A program made the position numbers and the translations under genes. Below the pieces are notes generated by a model, which saw only the letters and a program-made list of their open reading frames with translations, was not told the origin of the DNA and made no database searches. Of a DNA stretch of 64,000 nt, positions 8,025 through 17,467 are shown one piece after another. Origin of the DNA: a candidate division WOR-3 bacterium (GTDB lineage: Bacteria; Hydrothermota; Tepidihabitantia; SM23-42; JAOAFX01); contig JBDRVV010000013.1 in assembly GCA_039802005.1 (NCBI GenBank), forward strand, positions 1,385 to 65,384, in the 5' to 3' direction. Position 1 is the first letter of the stretch; every line of letters begins with the position of its first letter.

Positions 8025-10555
8025 AGATTTATTTTTATACCAATCCTTGCCCGTCTTGGGGCAGTATATGCCGCAACCCAGTCATCGGTTGCAATGATTA
8101 ATGCTCTAAAGGAATGGAATGTTTCGTAAGGAGTCATAATACCGTCATGATTGAAATCTGCAGCCGGGCTATAATATGGATTGGTCAGTGAAAGAAAGTC
8201 ATTAAAATCTTCAGCCCTGATTTTTTCCAGAGACATTAAAGGATAATGAGGTGCAACTTCATAACGCTGATCAAGAAGATTGATTACTTCTAATTGTAGA
8301 TTGAAAGATATTCTATTGATATTGAATCCTTTTGCTATTACACAATCAATCTGACGCTGGAAGGGTAGATGGAAAATATTGCGCTCTTCGTATTTACCCA
8401 AATATCCGGGCGGGGTGTAAGGAAAACCATTGCCAAAATAGGCAAGAAGATAGATATTTGTCCCTAAGGGACCTTTTAATCCACCTTGAATGAAAATACG
8501 GTGACGTTGGTCAAAGTTCAAATAGTAATCTTGTGTTGGTTTGCTCACAGAAGTATCTGCATACTCACCCGCATAAGAACTCGTACCTTTTGCCCAGGAA
8601 AGGGTGTATGAGATTTTTCCTGAGAAGAAATTGTTGCTATATTCTAAGATGGTTTCCATTCCTTTGATATTGGCATATTCAACATTATAATACTGAAAAT
8701 ACCCAAGGGGCAATTGCATAACATAGCGTGTGCCCGTCAAGTCTGAAACATCTTTGTAAAAAAGATTTGTTGTTGCAGTGAGATTTTCTTTGACCAATCC
8801 CTGAAATCCGATTTCATAACTCAATGTCTTCTCAGGTCTTAACTCAGGATTTCCCACAATTGATATGAAATTGTAGTATTGTGGTGCAAGAGGCAGAAGC
8901 TCATAAAAAGAATAGACATAATCATATAGGGGCGGCTGGACATATCTGCCGATATTCGCACGGAAAAGGAAATTTTCGGTTACCAGAAATGAGCAGCCTA
9001 TTCTGGGTGAGATATTTATCTGGGGTTTCGCACCTTCAATATCCACCGCATAGTAGTCATAGCGTGCGCCAAGTTTCGCATAGAAACCTTTAATATCAAC
9101 ATTGTCCTGGACATAAACAGAATATTCCTTTGGTTGATGATTGTAAACATCCGCAATTGGATTCAAGGTATCAGTGCAGACAAAATATGTAAAATTATCA
9201 AGGTTCTGATAGATATATTCAACCCCGGCTTTTAATTCATGATACTGATGGAGTTGGAGGTTGGCTTTAAAGTTGATATTATACACTTCTGAATTCTTTT
9301 CCTGATACTGGGGATAATCACCTTCACTAATAACTTTATAATGAGCTACACCAAATGGATTCCTGTGGGTTCCCCGGGGCCATTTCAGTGTTCGGTAATC
9401 GCGAAATTTGAAATCATCAAATATCCCATAATTACCTGACTCACGCACACCATAAGTTTTTTGTGTATACAGTCTACTGACCGTGAGATTGAATAATTTT
9501 GTATTATCGGGCAGATAGTTTAAATTTATTGCGGCGAGTTCACCCTTGCGCATATCCGAACGATAATGGTCAAGATAGAATTTAAAAAATGGATCTGGAC
9601 CCGAATATCGGTCAAATTGACTTCTTGATTTTGCCCCACTCACACTAAACTTAATCTTGCCTGAAGGTGTAAAGAGCCATTTGCTGTAGATTGAATAATC
9701 TCCTCTTTGTTTATGGGGCAATATATATAATCTTGGGTCCCAATCCTGGGTTTGCATAATATCTATTGAGGCAAGCCCCTGCAAGTTTCTTGTGGCAGGT
9801 AAATGAATTGTGGATTGATAATTCTCATAACCAAAGTCATAATAAAAAGGCATAATCTTTTCGGTCTTGGCATACAGATTTCCCTGTAACTTTTTCTGCG
9901 GTCTTTCTGAGATTAAATTCACCACCCCGGACATTGCCCGACCATATTCGGCATCAAAACCTCCAGGCAGAAATATCACTTCTTCAACAATCCCTTTTGA
10001 TATTTCAATTGCGACATCCCCGGTCTGGGGATCAATAATTGAAACATTATCAACCATATACTGGACTTCAGTTGCCCTACCACCACGGACATGTAAGGCA
10101 GTATCGGTCTTTGCCACGGCTGCCTGGAATGTGATTACAGCAGGTGTATAATCAACAGGCAATGTGGCAATCTCGGCTTTACGCACAATCTGGGTTGTAG
10201 CGACATAATCCTTTTTTATCGTTGGAGTTTCTCCATAAACCGTAACCGGTGCAATCTCAATGGCAGTCTGTTTCAATGTGACATTGAGTCTTGTGGTTCG
10301 GTCAACTTCAACCAGGACATTTTCAATCCTCTTTGTCTGATAGCCCAGGCACGAGACTTCAATTGTGTACCTCCCTGAAGGCACATTTAAGATAAAAAAA
10401 TTGCCATTGTCATCAGTTGCTGCACCCATTTCAGTATTTAAAATAATTACATCGGCAAAGGTAATCGGTTCTTTGGTATCTTCATCCTTTACTACACCCT
10501 GAATCTTGCCAGTAATGCCGGTAAAAAGAATTGTAATCAAGATAAAATTGACCAT
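8021..10555 (-). CDS. TonB-dependent receptor-family outer membrane protein with N-terminal CarbopepD_reg domain
   Basis: N-terminal signal, CarbopepD_reg-like segment (GKIQGVVKDEDTKEPITFADVIILN...NGNFFILNVPSGRYTIEV), plug-like region, and a long beta-strand-rich C-terminus ending in an aromatic residue. Confidence 0.65.
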   Translation of the reverse strand: MVNFILITILFTGITGKIQGVVKDEDTKEPITFADVIILNTEMGAATDDNGNFFILNVPSGRYTIEVSCLGYQTKRIENVLVEVDRTTRLNVTLKQTAIEIAPVTVYGETPTIKKDYVATTQIVRKAEIATLPVDYTPAVITFQAAVAKTDTALHVRGGRATEVQYMVDNVSIIDPQTGDVAIEISKGIVEEVIFLPGGFDAEYGRAMSGVVNLISERPQKKLQGNLYAKTEKIMPFYYDFGYENYQSTIHLPATRNLQGLASIDIMQTQDWDPRLYILPHKQRGDYSIYSKWLFTPSGKIKFSVSGAKSRSQFDRYSGPDPFFKFYLDHYRSDMRKGELAAINLNYLPDNTKLFNLTVSRLYTQKTYGVRESGNYGIFDDFKFRDYRTLKWPRGTHRNPFGVAHYKVISEGDYPQYQEKNSEVYNINFKANLQLHQYHELKAGVEYIYQNLDNFTYFVCTDTLNPIADVYNHQPKEYSVYVQDNVDIKGFYAKLGARYDYYAVDIEGAKPQINISPRIGCSFLVTENFLFRANIGRYVQPPLYDYVYSFYELLPLAPQYYNFISIVGNPELRPEKTLSYEIGFQGLVKENLTATTNLFYKDVSDLTGTRYVMQLPLGYFQYYNVEYANIKGMETILEYSNNFFSGKISYTLSWAKGTSSYAGEYADTSVSKPTQDYYLNFDQRHRIFIQGGLKGPLGTNIYLLAYFGNGFPYTPPGYLGKYEERNIFHLPFQRQIDCVIAKGFNINRISFNLQLEVINLLDQRYEVAPHYPLMSLEKIRAEDFNDFLSLTNPYYSPAADFNHDGIMTPYETFHSFRALIIATDDWVAAYTAPRRARIGIKINL

Positions 10556-10631
10556 TTTTCCTCCACGATGTTCTAATTATAACTATGATTTTTTAAAAAT
10601 CAAGTTGTTTGTAAGTCATTTACGCAATAAT

Positions 10632-12272
10632 TTAATTGCTTACAATAACAATTGTAGTATTCAAACTATAGTTTCCTTTTTCCAACAGTACCAGATATAC
10701 GCCTGAATTCAAATCCCTAAATGAGTAGTTTAATGCATATCTTCCTGCATTCTTAAACCCATTTTCAATTATCCTTACCAGCCTGCCATCAATGGAATAG
10801 ACTTTTAAAGAAATATGCCCTGCTTCAGGAATAGTATAAGTAATCACCGCATTATCCCGCACCGGATTGGGGGAAATATTTAAAGAAAATTTTTGTGGTT
10901 TTTCCTGTTTCTGCTCTTGGATACCCGTAATCGCCTGCCTGCCCCAGTACCACCTTGCCGGATGAGAATACTGCCAGCCCTTCCAGCACATCCATATCGG
11001 GTCTAAATCCGCAACCATATCCTGACCAAAGACATAAAAGAATTGATTATTCTGGGTATCAATCCGCTTGGCAATTTGCGCCAGCCCATGCCGATAACCA
11101 AAACTGCCTGTAATATTACGCGGTGTATGCCAGTTCAACCCACCATCCGTTGAATAATTATAATACAGATTCCAAAACGCCAGTGAATCCTGTCCCGCTC
11201 CTGCCTGGGAATGCCAGAGACCAATGAGATAATCTCCACCCGTAGCAATCGTGGGATAGAAGTTCCTATTTAAGCCAGTAGATATTTCTCTACATACCTG
11301 CCCTGAACCCGGTGAGACATAGATTTTCCCAGTCGTTGGATAATTGCCAGCAATATAATCCTGATAATCAATATTATCAAATATCAATTTGGGCTCACCA
11401 TTGTCCATAACCACGGCCTGGGTCCAGAAGACCAAATTGGAATCAAAGGGCTCAGGCCAGACCATATTGTAAACCTGTTCTGATGACCAGTTTATGCCAT
11501 CGGTTGTCGTGCGGTAGTAGATATTCAAGAGTGTATCATAGTAAAAGATATAGGCAATACCATTATTAATATCAAATCCCCAGTATCTACGATAATCAGG
11601 ATTGATATAACCACCCGCCAGATGGGTCGTGAGATTACAATTGTAGGTGCGATAGATAAGACGGATGCGCCCTGAAAGATCATTTTCAACCATTCCAATA
11701 AAGATAAGATTACCGTTGGGTAGTTGTTTGCCAACATTCCGCATTGTGTTTACAATACCTGGTCCTAAATCAGTTGGCGCATCCCAGTATGAGGACCACC
11801 AGCCACCGGTTTCAAATTGCGCAACCAATCTTGAAGAAGCTACATATCCGCAATTATAAGAGATATGTGGTCCACTTCCCGCGGTATTAAATCCCGAGGC
11901 AATTGAATTGGGATAATGACACGCACCAAATTGTCCAGTATATACGCCAAAGTCAGTTAGTGATAGAGTAAAGAAATTATCGGTCTGTGAAACACTTAAA
12001 TTTAATCCCGATAGGTAACTTCTACACACAAACTGTAGTCCGGCAACCATTGGATTATATGACAAACATTCTTGTATTTGAGTCCACATTGACCAGGCTG
12101 TACCCGAGTCTATTACAAAAAAATCATTTGACATAATCACAGGTGTATGTGGTTGATTGTATAATCCTGGTGCTTCTGAAGACATCGGCTCATGACTCAC
12201 AATATCTATCGGCAAGGTTATTGCTATAATTATATTAAACACAATCAGAAGCAAGAAGACAAGTCTCATCAT
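10632..12272 (-). CDS. BNR-repeat (sialidase-like beta-propeller) surface protein with T9SS C-terminal domain, paralog A
   Basis: Signal peptide. BNR motifs (STDGGLNWH, TTDGINWS). T9SS CTD-like tail. AAGGAGG RBS. The central ~0.9 kb of DNA is nearly identical to paralog B. Confidence 0.7.
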   Translation of the reverse strand: MMRLVFLLLIVFNIIIAITLPIDIVSHEPMSSEAPGLYNQPHTPVIMSNDFFVIDSGTAWSMWTQIQECLSYNPMVAGLQFVCRSYLSGLNLSVSQTDNFFTLSLTDFGVYTGQFGACHYPNSIASGFNTAGSGPHISYNCGYVASSRLVAQFETGGWWSSYWDAPTDLGPGIVNTMRNVGKQLPNGNLIFIGMVENDLSGRIRLIYRTYNCNLTTHLAGGYINPDYRRYWGFDINNGIAYIFYYDTLLNIYYRTTTDGINWSSEQVYNMVWPEPFDSNLVFWTQAVVMDNGEPKLIFDNIDYQDYIAGNYPTTGKIYVSPGSGQVCREISTGLNRNFYPTIATGGDYLIGLWHSQAGAGQDSLAFWNLYYNYSTDGGLNWHTPRNITGSFGYRHGLAQIAKRIDTQNNQFFYVFGQDMVADLDPIWMCWKGWQYSHPARWYWGRQAITGIQEQKQEKPQKFSLNISPNPVRDNAVITYTIPEAGHISLKVYSIDGRLVRIIENGFKNAGRYALNYSFRDLNSGVYLVLLEKGNYSLNTTIVIVSN

Positions 12273-12294
12273 TCCTCCTTAATTACACAATAAT

Positions 12295-12322
12295 ATTATA
12301 CTCAAAAAAAAAAAATAGTCAA
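12295..12322 (-). promoter_or_regulatory. Sigma70-like promoter of paralog A: TTGACT-16 nt-TATAAT, with a 12-nt poly-T (A12 on + strand, 12304-12315) filling the spacer
   Basis: Read directly: the reverse complement gives TTGACTaTTTTTTTTTTTTgagTATAAT, followed by AAGGAGG and ATG. Confidence 0.6.
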
Positions 12323-12388
12323 GGGTATAATGCAATAGGGTGGGAATTCTTCCCACCCTTGCAATGAAACCCGCACAGAAGATTATAA

Positions 12389-12502
12389 AATCGGGAAGCA
12401 AGCGCTTCCACAACAACCCGGATAGCATATCATGCTAATTTCAACTTCGGTTTCTCTATTTTTATCTTCCATACAGGTTATCGGTTGGATCAGGATTTCC
12501 AT
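12389..12502 (-). CDS. Unannotated 37-aa Cys-rich peptide MEILIQPITCMEDKNRETEVEISMICYPGCCGSACFPIL; candidate RiPP precursor
   Basis: The ATG lies 1 nt after the TAA stop of the radical SAM gene, with an AGGAGGTG RBS inside that gene's 3' end. Five Cys residues cluster toward the C-terminus. A hairpin (GGGTGGGAAgaaTTCCCACCC, 12346-12366) lies downstream. Confidence 0.5.
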
Positions 12503-12503
12503 C

Positions 12504-13880
12504 TTAATCACCTCCTTTCATCACTTGCCCTTTATCCAGGGCAGTCTTTTCAAGATATTTATTTAATAATCCCCAGAAATGGTCGCATATTGCAGATTTC
12601 AACTCACTTTCAGTTTTGCATTTCTTTCTTATAACCTGGCATCCCCCCATACATAATGGCAATAGTTTACAGGATTTGCAGGGTTCTGTATCACAGGGAT
12701 GCTTTTCAAAAAAGTAGTTTATATACTGCTGATTGGGGATGAATTTACCTTCTTTTATATAACCAACTTCATCTCCGATGTCTAAATGAGAGGTACATTT
12801 ATAAACGCGGCTGTTTGGACCGACTGTGTATATACCAAAGACTTGTGCTCCACAATAAAAACTTCTTACCGGCAGCGCATTGGGAAATACTGTGTCAATA
12901 TCTTCTTCTTTGTCACTTGTTATCTTTCTAATTGCTTCATATATTGCGTTATACTCGTGGGCAGAAAATCCTTTTTCTTGAGGTGCGAAATCTGCACATT
13001 TTTGAGTATAATCTCTTAATTTCCCGGGGCGTACTACAGTATTCTTACCATATAACCAATCTGTTTTTCTTAAGAATTCAAGTACAGCATTTGCGTTATC
13101 TCGGTCAATATTTAATCTAATATCAACATGGTCAAAATATTTTTTTGCGATGATTATTGCCTCTTTTATTCTTCCAAATGTTGGTTTACGGTTTTTAAGT
13201 GGCCGGCGTCGGTTATGAACTTCCTCGGGTCCATCAAGGGTTATCTGAATCAATTTTACATTGGAATTTATTAATTCTCGGGCTATTTCTTCGGTTAAAA
13301 GATATCCATTAGTAACAATATTCGCCTCATATCTAATTTTATTAGCAGAAGCAATATTTATTAATTCAGAGCTCAATTGTTTGATTCTATCATATGCCAG
13401 TAATGGTTCGCCACCATACCAAGAAATTGATATTCCTTCTGGTTTTACCCGTTGTATCTCCGAATTTATGAACTTTAATACATTGTTGCAGTCTTGGATA
13501 GTCATTGTTTCATTAATTTCGCTCTCAAAGCAATAAATACAACGAAAATTACATGCCCGAGTAGGGAGCATCGTGATAGAAAGATTTCGCCGTTCAAATG
13601 CACCTCTGAAGGCACGGAATTTTACAAATTCAATTTCATTTACATTATCTTCTACAATAAAACCACATTCAAACATTTTTGAAAAAAGATCGTCCCTGTT
13701 AGTTCTAAGAGTAAGGTTATTAGGATTTTCTAATAAGTTTGAGACATCACTCAGATCGCAGTTTCGCACAAAAGCCAGTGCTCCAGTATAAGTGTTGTAT
13801 AAAAGATTAACCTTGCCGTCTGTACTTTTGTACCAATAATTATAGATTGATTGTTTATAATTTTTACTTGTCTTCATTGT
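12504..13880 (-). CDS. Radical SAM / SPASM-domain peptide-modifying enzyme with an N-terminal RRE(PqqD)-like domain
   Basis: CNFRCIYC (CxxxCxxC) radical SAM motif. C-terminal Cys-rich SPASM region (CGAQ...CTSH...CDTEPCKSCKLLPLCMGGCQ). An N-terminal ~100-aa region precedes the core. The ATG at 13880 is preferred over the GTG at 13994. Confidence 0.75.
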   Translation of the reverse strand, partial: TMKTSKNYKQSIYNYWYKSTDGKVNLLYNTYTGALAFVRNCDLSDVSNLLENPNNLTLRTNRDDLFSKMFECGFIVEDNVNEIEFVKFRAFRGAFERRNLSITMLPTRACNFRCIYCFESEINETMTIQDCNNVLKFINSEIQRVKPEGISISWYGGEPLLAYDRIKQLSSELINIASANKIRYEANIVTNGYLLTEEIARELINSNVKLIQITLDGPEEVHNRRRPLKNRKPTFGRIKEAIIIAKKYFDHVDIRLNIDRDNANAVLEFLRKTDWLYGKNTVVRPGKLRDYTQKCADFAPQEKGFSAHEYNAIYEAIRKITSDKEEDIDTVFPNALPVRSFYCGAQVFGIYTVGPNSRVYKCTSHLDIGDEVGYIKEGKFIPNQQYINYFFEKHPCDTEPCKSCKLLPLCMGGCQVIRKKCKTESELKSAICDHFWGLLNKYLEKTALDKGQVMKGGD

Positions 13881-14161
13881 TCGTCCCTGTTGCTTACATA
13901 AGTTTTTAATGCAAATTTCGTGCCCAGACAAAAATGTTGAAATTTCAGAAGTTTTAATTTTAACTTTTGGGAAAAAGTGTGAAAATTTATACACTATTTA
14001 TGGACACCATCAAAAACTCACGAAATTTGATAGATTTGTGAAATACAAAAGTGTATACTATTTAAACTCATTTTACACTATTTTTACACCTTTGATTTAT
14101 TTCTATACCCAGGCAATCATAATTGATCATTGCTGGAACACTTAATTCGTTCCGGGTTATG

Positions 14162-15802
14162 CTATTTTAAAAATGCAAAGAGACTGCTGGTGTTCCACTT
14201 TCCATTTTCAAGCATAAGCACATATATCCCGGCATTTAAATCATTGAATGAGCAGTCTAATTTATATCTTCCTGCATTCTTAAACCCATTTTCAATTATC
14301 CTTACCAGCCTGCCATCAATGGAATAGACTTTTAAAGAAATATGCCCTGCTTCAGGAATAGTATAAGTAATCACCGCATTATCCCGCACCGGATTGGGGG
14401 AAATATTTAAAGAAAATTTTTGTGGTTTTTCCTGTTTCTGCTCTTGGATACCCGTAATCGCCTGCCTGCCCCAGTACCACCTTGCCGGATGAGAATACTG
14501 CCAGCCCTTCCAGCACATCCATATCGGGTCTAAATCCGCAACCATATCCTGACCAAAGACATAAAAGAATTGATTATTCTGGGTATCAATCCGCTTGGCA
14601 ATTTGCGCCAGCCCATGCCGATAACCAAAACTGCCTGTAATATTACGCGGTGTATGCCAGGTCAATCCTCCATCCGTTGAATAATTATAATACAGATTCC
14701 AAAACGCCAGTGAATCCTGTCCCGCTCCTGCCTGGGAATGCCAGAGACCAATGAGATAATCTCCACCCGTAGCAATCGTGGGATAGAAGTTCCTATTTAA
14801 GCCAGTAGATATTTCTCTACATACCTGCCCTGAACCCGGTGAGACATAGATTTTCCCAGTCATTGGATAATTGCCAGCAATATAATCCTGATAATCAATA
14901 TTATCAAATATCAATTTGGGCTCACCATTGTCCATTACCACTGCTTGGGTCCAGAAGACTAAATTGGAATCAAAGGGCTCGGGCCAGACCATATTGTAAA
15001 CCTGTTCTGATGACCAGTTTATCCCATCAGTGGTAGTGCGATAGTAGATATTCAAGAGTGTATCGTAGTAAAAGACATAGGCAATACCATTATTAATATC
15101 AAATCCCCAGTATCTACGATAATCAGGATTGATATAGCCACCAGCAAGCTGGGTCGTGAGATTGCAATTATAGGTGCGATAGATAATTTTTCTATCATCA
15201 GAATAGTTTTCTATAGTAACCGCAATAAATAATATGTTTCCATTCGGAAATTGCTTACCGATATTCCACCAGGCTTTATTTATTCCTGGTCCGAGGTCAA
15301 CCGGTGGATCCCAATATGAAGACCACCAACCACCAGTTTCAAATATTCCTACCATTCTGGAATATGTTAGATAACCACAAGAAAGAGAGACATGAGGTCC
15401 AGAACCTGCAATATCAAAACCTGAGGCAATGGCAGATGGATATATAAACCCACCAAATTGACCTGTGTATACGCCGATATCAGTTAATGAAAAAGAAAAG
15501 AGGTTATCTGTTTGGGAAACATTCAAATATAAGCCGGTTCCAAATTCATGGCAAACAAATAATAGACTACCGACTAAAGCATTGTATGCCAGACATTCAT
15601 GACTTTGTGTCCAAAGAGAGTAGGCGTAAACAGAGGAGTCAACAGGTGAAAAGGAATTTGAGTTAACTATCGGAGTGTGTGATAGATTGTAAGTTTTATG
15701 CTCTTGATTTAATAGCACTAGCTCAGGTGGATTAATAGGGATACTAATCGTCACTGCCCTACTAATTTGAATGAGAATAAGAAAGAAACAAATATTTCTC
15801 AT
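14162..15802 (-). CDS. BNR-repeat surface protein with T9SS C-terminal domain, paralog B
   Basis: Same architecture as paralog A. The N-terminal ~170 aa and the last ~35 aa are diverged; the core is near-identical at the DNA level. Confidence 0.7.
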   Translation of the reverse strand: MRNICFFLILIQISRAVTISIPINPPELVLLNQEHKTYNLSHTPIVNSNSFSPVDSSVYAYSLWTQSHECLAYNALVGSLLFVCHEFGTGLYLNVSQTDNLFSFSLTDIGVYTGQFGGFIYPSAIASGFDIAGSGPHVSLSCGYLTYSRMVGIFETGGWWSSYWDPPVDLGPGINKAWWNIGKQFPNGNILFIAVTIENYSDDRKIIYRTYNCNLTTQLAGGYINPDYRRYWGFDINNGIAYVFYYDTLLNIYYRTTTDGINWSSEQVYNMVWPEPFDSNLVFWTQAVVMDNGEPKLIFDNIDYQDYIAGNYPMTGKIYVSPGSGQVCREISTGLNRNFYPTIATGGDYLIGLWHSQAGAGQDSLAFWNLYYNYSTDGGLTWHTPRNITGSFGYRHGLAQIAKRIDTQNNQFFYVFGQDMVADLDPIWMCWKGWQYSHPARWYWGRQAITGIQEQKQEKPQKFSLNISPNPVRDNAVITYTIPEAGHISLKVYSIDGRLVRIIENGFKNAGRYKLDCSFNDLNAGIYVLMLENGKWNTSSLFAFLK

Positions 15803-15826
15803 AACTCCTCCTTATTACACAATAAT

Positions 15827-15852
15827 ATTATACCCCCCCAAAAAAAAGTCAA
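15827..15852 (-). promoter_or_regulatory. Promoter of paralog B: TTGACT-14 nt-TATAAT, with the spacer made of T7G7 (C7A7 on + strand)
   Basis: Read directly: the reverse complement gives TTGACTtttttttgggggggTATAAT, followed by AAGGAGG and ATG. Confidence 0.5.
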
Positions 15853-15923
15853 GTGGTTGGATAATCTTTTTGAAATTAGCAGAAGCATATTGACTTAAAG
15901 GTAAATATCAGTAATCTTAAAAA

Positions 15924-17003
15924 ATGACAAAGAAAATTAGATTGATGAATGATAAACGTAAATCTGTAAAAGTGCCAGAGTTCATTATTCAGGGACATAA
16001 TATCATTGACAGGATTTATGAAATCTTGCAAGAGCAGCATGTTCGTTTCAAAAAGATTCTTGTTTTATGTGACGAAAAAACATTTAAGATTGGCGGCAGA
16101 AGAATTGTCAAACTATTTAAGGAAAAAAATGTTTCAATTTCAAACAAGTTCATCAAAAAGAGCGATGAGAAGACTGTAAGATTGGTTGCAAATTTGATTA
16201 AAGAGCAAAAATTTGATTTAGTTATCGGTTTCGGAGGTGGTCGGGTTCTTGATGTTGCAAAAATTGCCGCAGGAAAGAACAGAATAAAATTTATAAGTAT
16301 ACCGACAATTCTATCTAATGATGGCATTGCCTCACCGGTTTCAGTGATCCTAAATAAAAAAGGAATACCAGTGAGCCATCTGACCAATCCCCCTTACGGA
16401 ATAATCATAGATTTTAACATAATAAAAAAAGCACCAATAAGGCATCTGCGGTCAGGAGTAGGCGATCTGATCTCCAATCTTTCCGCCGTATTTGATTGTC
16501 GGCTGGCGAAAAGAAAAAAGAGAGAAAAAATCGATAATAAAATCCTGAGACTGGCGGAAATCGGTGCGAAGAAATTGTTAAAACTAAAAACGAAAAATAT
16601 TAAGAGTCAGAAATTTCTTGAAGCGCTTTGTGATGGTCTGCTCAAAAGCGGTCTGGCAATGTGCCTTGTTGGTTCATCAAGGCCCGCAAGCGGGAGTGAG
16701 CATAAGATAAGCCATGCAATGGATTATTTATTCCCGGGGCGTGATGCCCTTCATGGTGAGCAGGTGGGGATTGCTACAATCTTTACAATGATGCTCCAGA
16801 AAAATCCATATTTAAAGGCGGTAGAACGGCTGTATAGAAATATCAACTTTCCCTGTGATATATCTTATTTAAAAATTAAATCTGACGATTTTATAAAAGT
16901 TGTTATATATGCAAAAAAAATTCGTCCCTTACGTTATACGATTTTAGAAGATAAAAAACCATCAAAAGAAGAAATCAAAAAAATTTTAATTCAAGACTTT
17001 TAG
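15924..17003 (+). CDS. DHQS-like superfamily NAD(P)-dependent dehydrogenase; glycerol-1-phosphate dehydrogenase (EgsA/AraM)-like or glycerol dehydrogenase-like
   Basis: GFGGGRVLDVAKIAA nucleotide-binding motif, paired His metal ligands (SEHKISHAMD...HGEQVG), ~359 aa. Confidence 0.55.
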   Translation: MTKKIRLMNDKRKSVKVPEFIIQGHNIIDRIYEILQEQHVRFKKILVLCDEKTFKIGGRRIVKLFKEKNVSISNKFIKKSDEKTVRLVANLIKEQKFDLVIGFGGGRVLDVAKIAAGKNRIKFISIPTILSNDGIASPVSVILNKKGIPVSHLTNPPYGIIIDFNIIKKAPIRHLRSGVGDLISNLSAVFDCRLAKRKKREKIDNKILRLAEIGAKKLLKLKTKNIKSQKFLEALCDGLLKSGLAMCLVGSSRPASGSEHKISHAMDYLFPGRDALHGEQVGIATIFTMMLQKNPYLKAVERLYRNINFPCDISYLKIKSDDFIKVVIYAKKIRPLRYTILEDKKPSKEEIKKILIQDF

Positions 17004-17084
17004 CAATATTATAGAACAAATTTTTTCCTCCAACATGTATTCATTCAATATCGCATTTTTGATAATTTGACTTTATTTTTATAA

Positions 17085-17118
17085 TTCCGGCATTCTGGTA
17101 ATTACCAGAATGCCGGAA
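17085..17118. promoter_or_regulatory. 34-bp perfect palindrome TTCCGGCATTCTGGTAATTACCAGAATGCCGGAA (candidate operator) just upstream of a TTGACA-16-TATAAT promoter
   Basis: Read directly. Related copies lie at 17474-17493 and 42635-42668. Confidence 0.6.
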
Positions 17119-17158
17119 TGCTTATTGACAGAGCAGATAATTTTTATATAATGATACA

Positions 17159-17467
17159 ATGAGAAGAAAAATGGCAGAGACCTATTATCGCGCTTCAAGA
17201 TTCTGTAGGGTTTTGGGTAATCCCACCGCATATCAAATTTTGAAAATGCTGACAAAAGGAAAAATGACCCCGACCGACCTCAGTAACGAAATTGGCCTTT
17301 CTATTAAAACTATTTCAGATGTTCTTCGTAATCTGCGCCAGGTTGACCTGGTGAGGTATGATACATTTAGTAATCGTAAGGTGTATTATCTTAAGGACCG
17401 GGCGATTAAAAAAGTTCTCAGAAATTTAGAAACTTACGCTGATAAAATGAGGTTTAAAAAATGGTAG
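17159..17467 (+). CDS. ArsR/SmtB-like winged-helix transcriptional regulator
   Basis: Small HTH protein (ILKMLTKGKMTPTDLSNEIGLSIKTISDVLRNLRQVDLV) flanked by the palindromic sites. Confidence 0.55.
   Translation: MRRKMAETYYRASRFCRVLGNPTAYQILKMLTKGKMTPTDLSNEIGLSIKTISDVLRNLRQVDLVRYDTFSNRKVYYLKDRAIKKVLRNLETYADKMRFKKW

Noticed and set aside
13880-13994. GTG-initiated N-terminal extension of the radical SAM protein
   Set aside because: There is no Shine-Dalgarno sequence before the GTG, whereas the internal ATG at 13880 has a purine-rich upstream element. The extension would add 38 low-complexity residues. It is kept only as an alternative.
10738-15200. Near-identical 0.9-kb segments as an assembly artefact
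   Set aside because: Each copy is embedded in a complete ORF with its own diverged N- and C-terminal coding sequence and its own distinct promoter and homopolymer tract, which argues for a genuine paralogous duplication. Read-level confirmation is still advisable.
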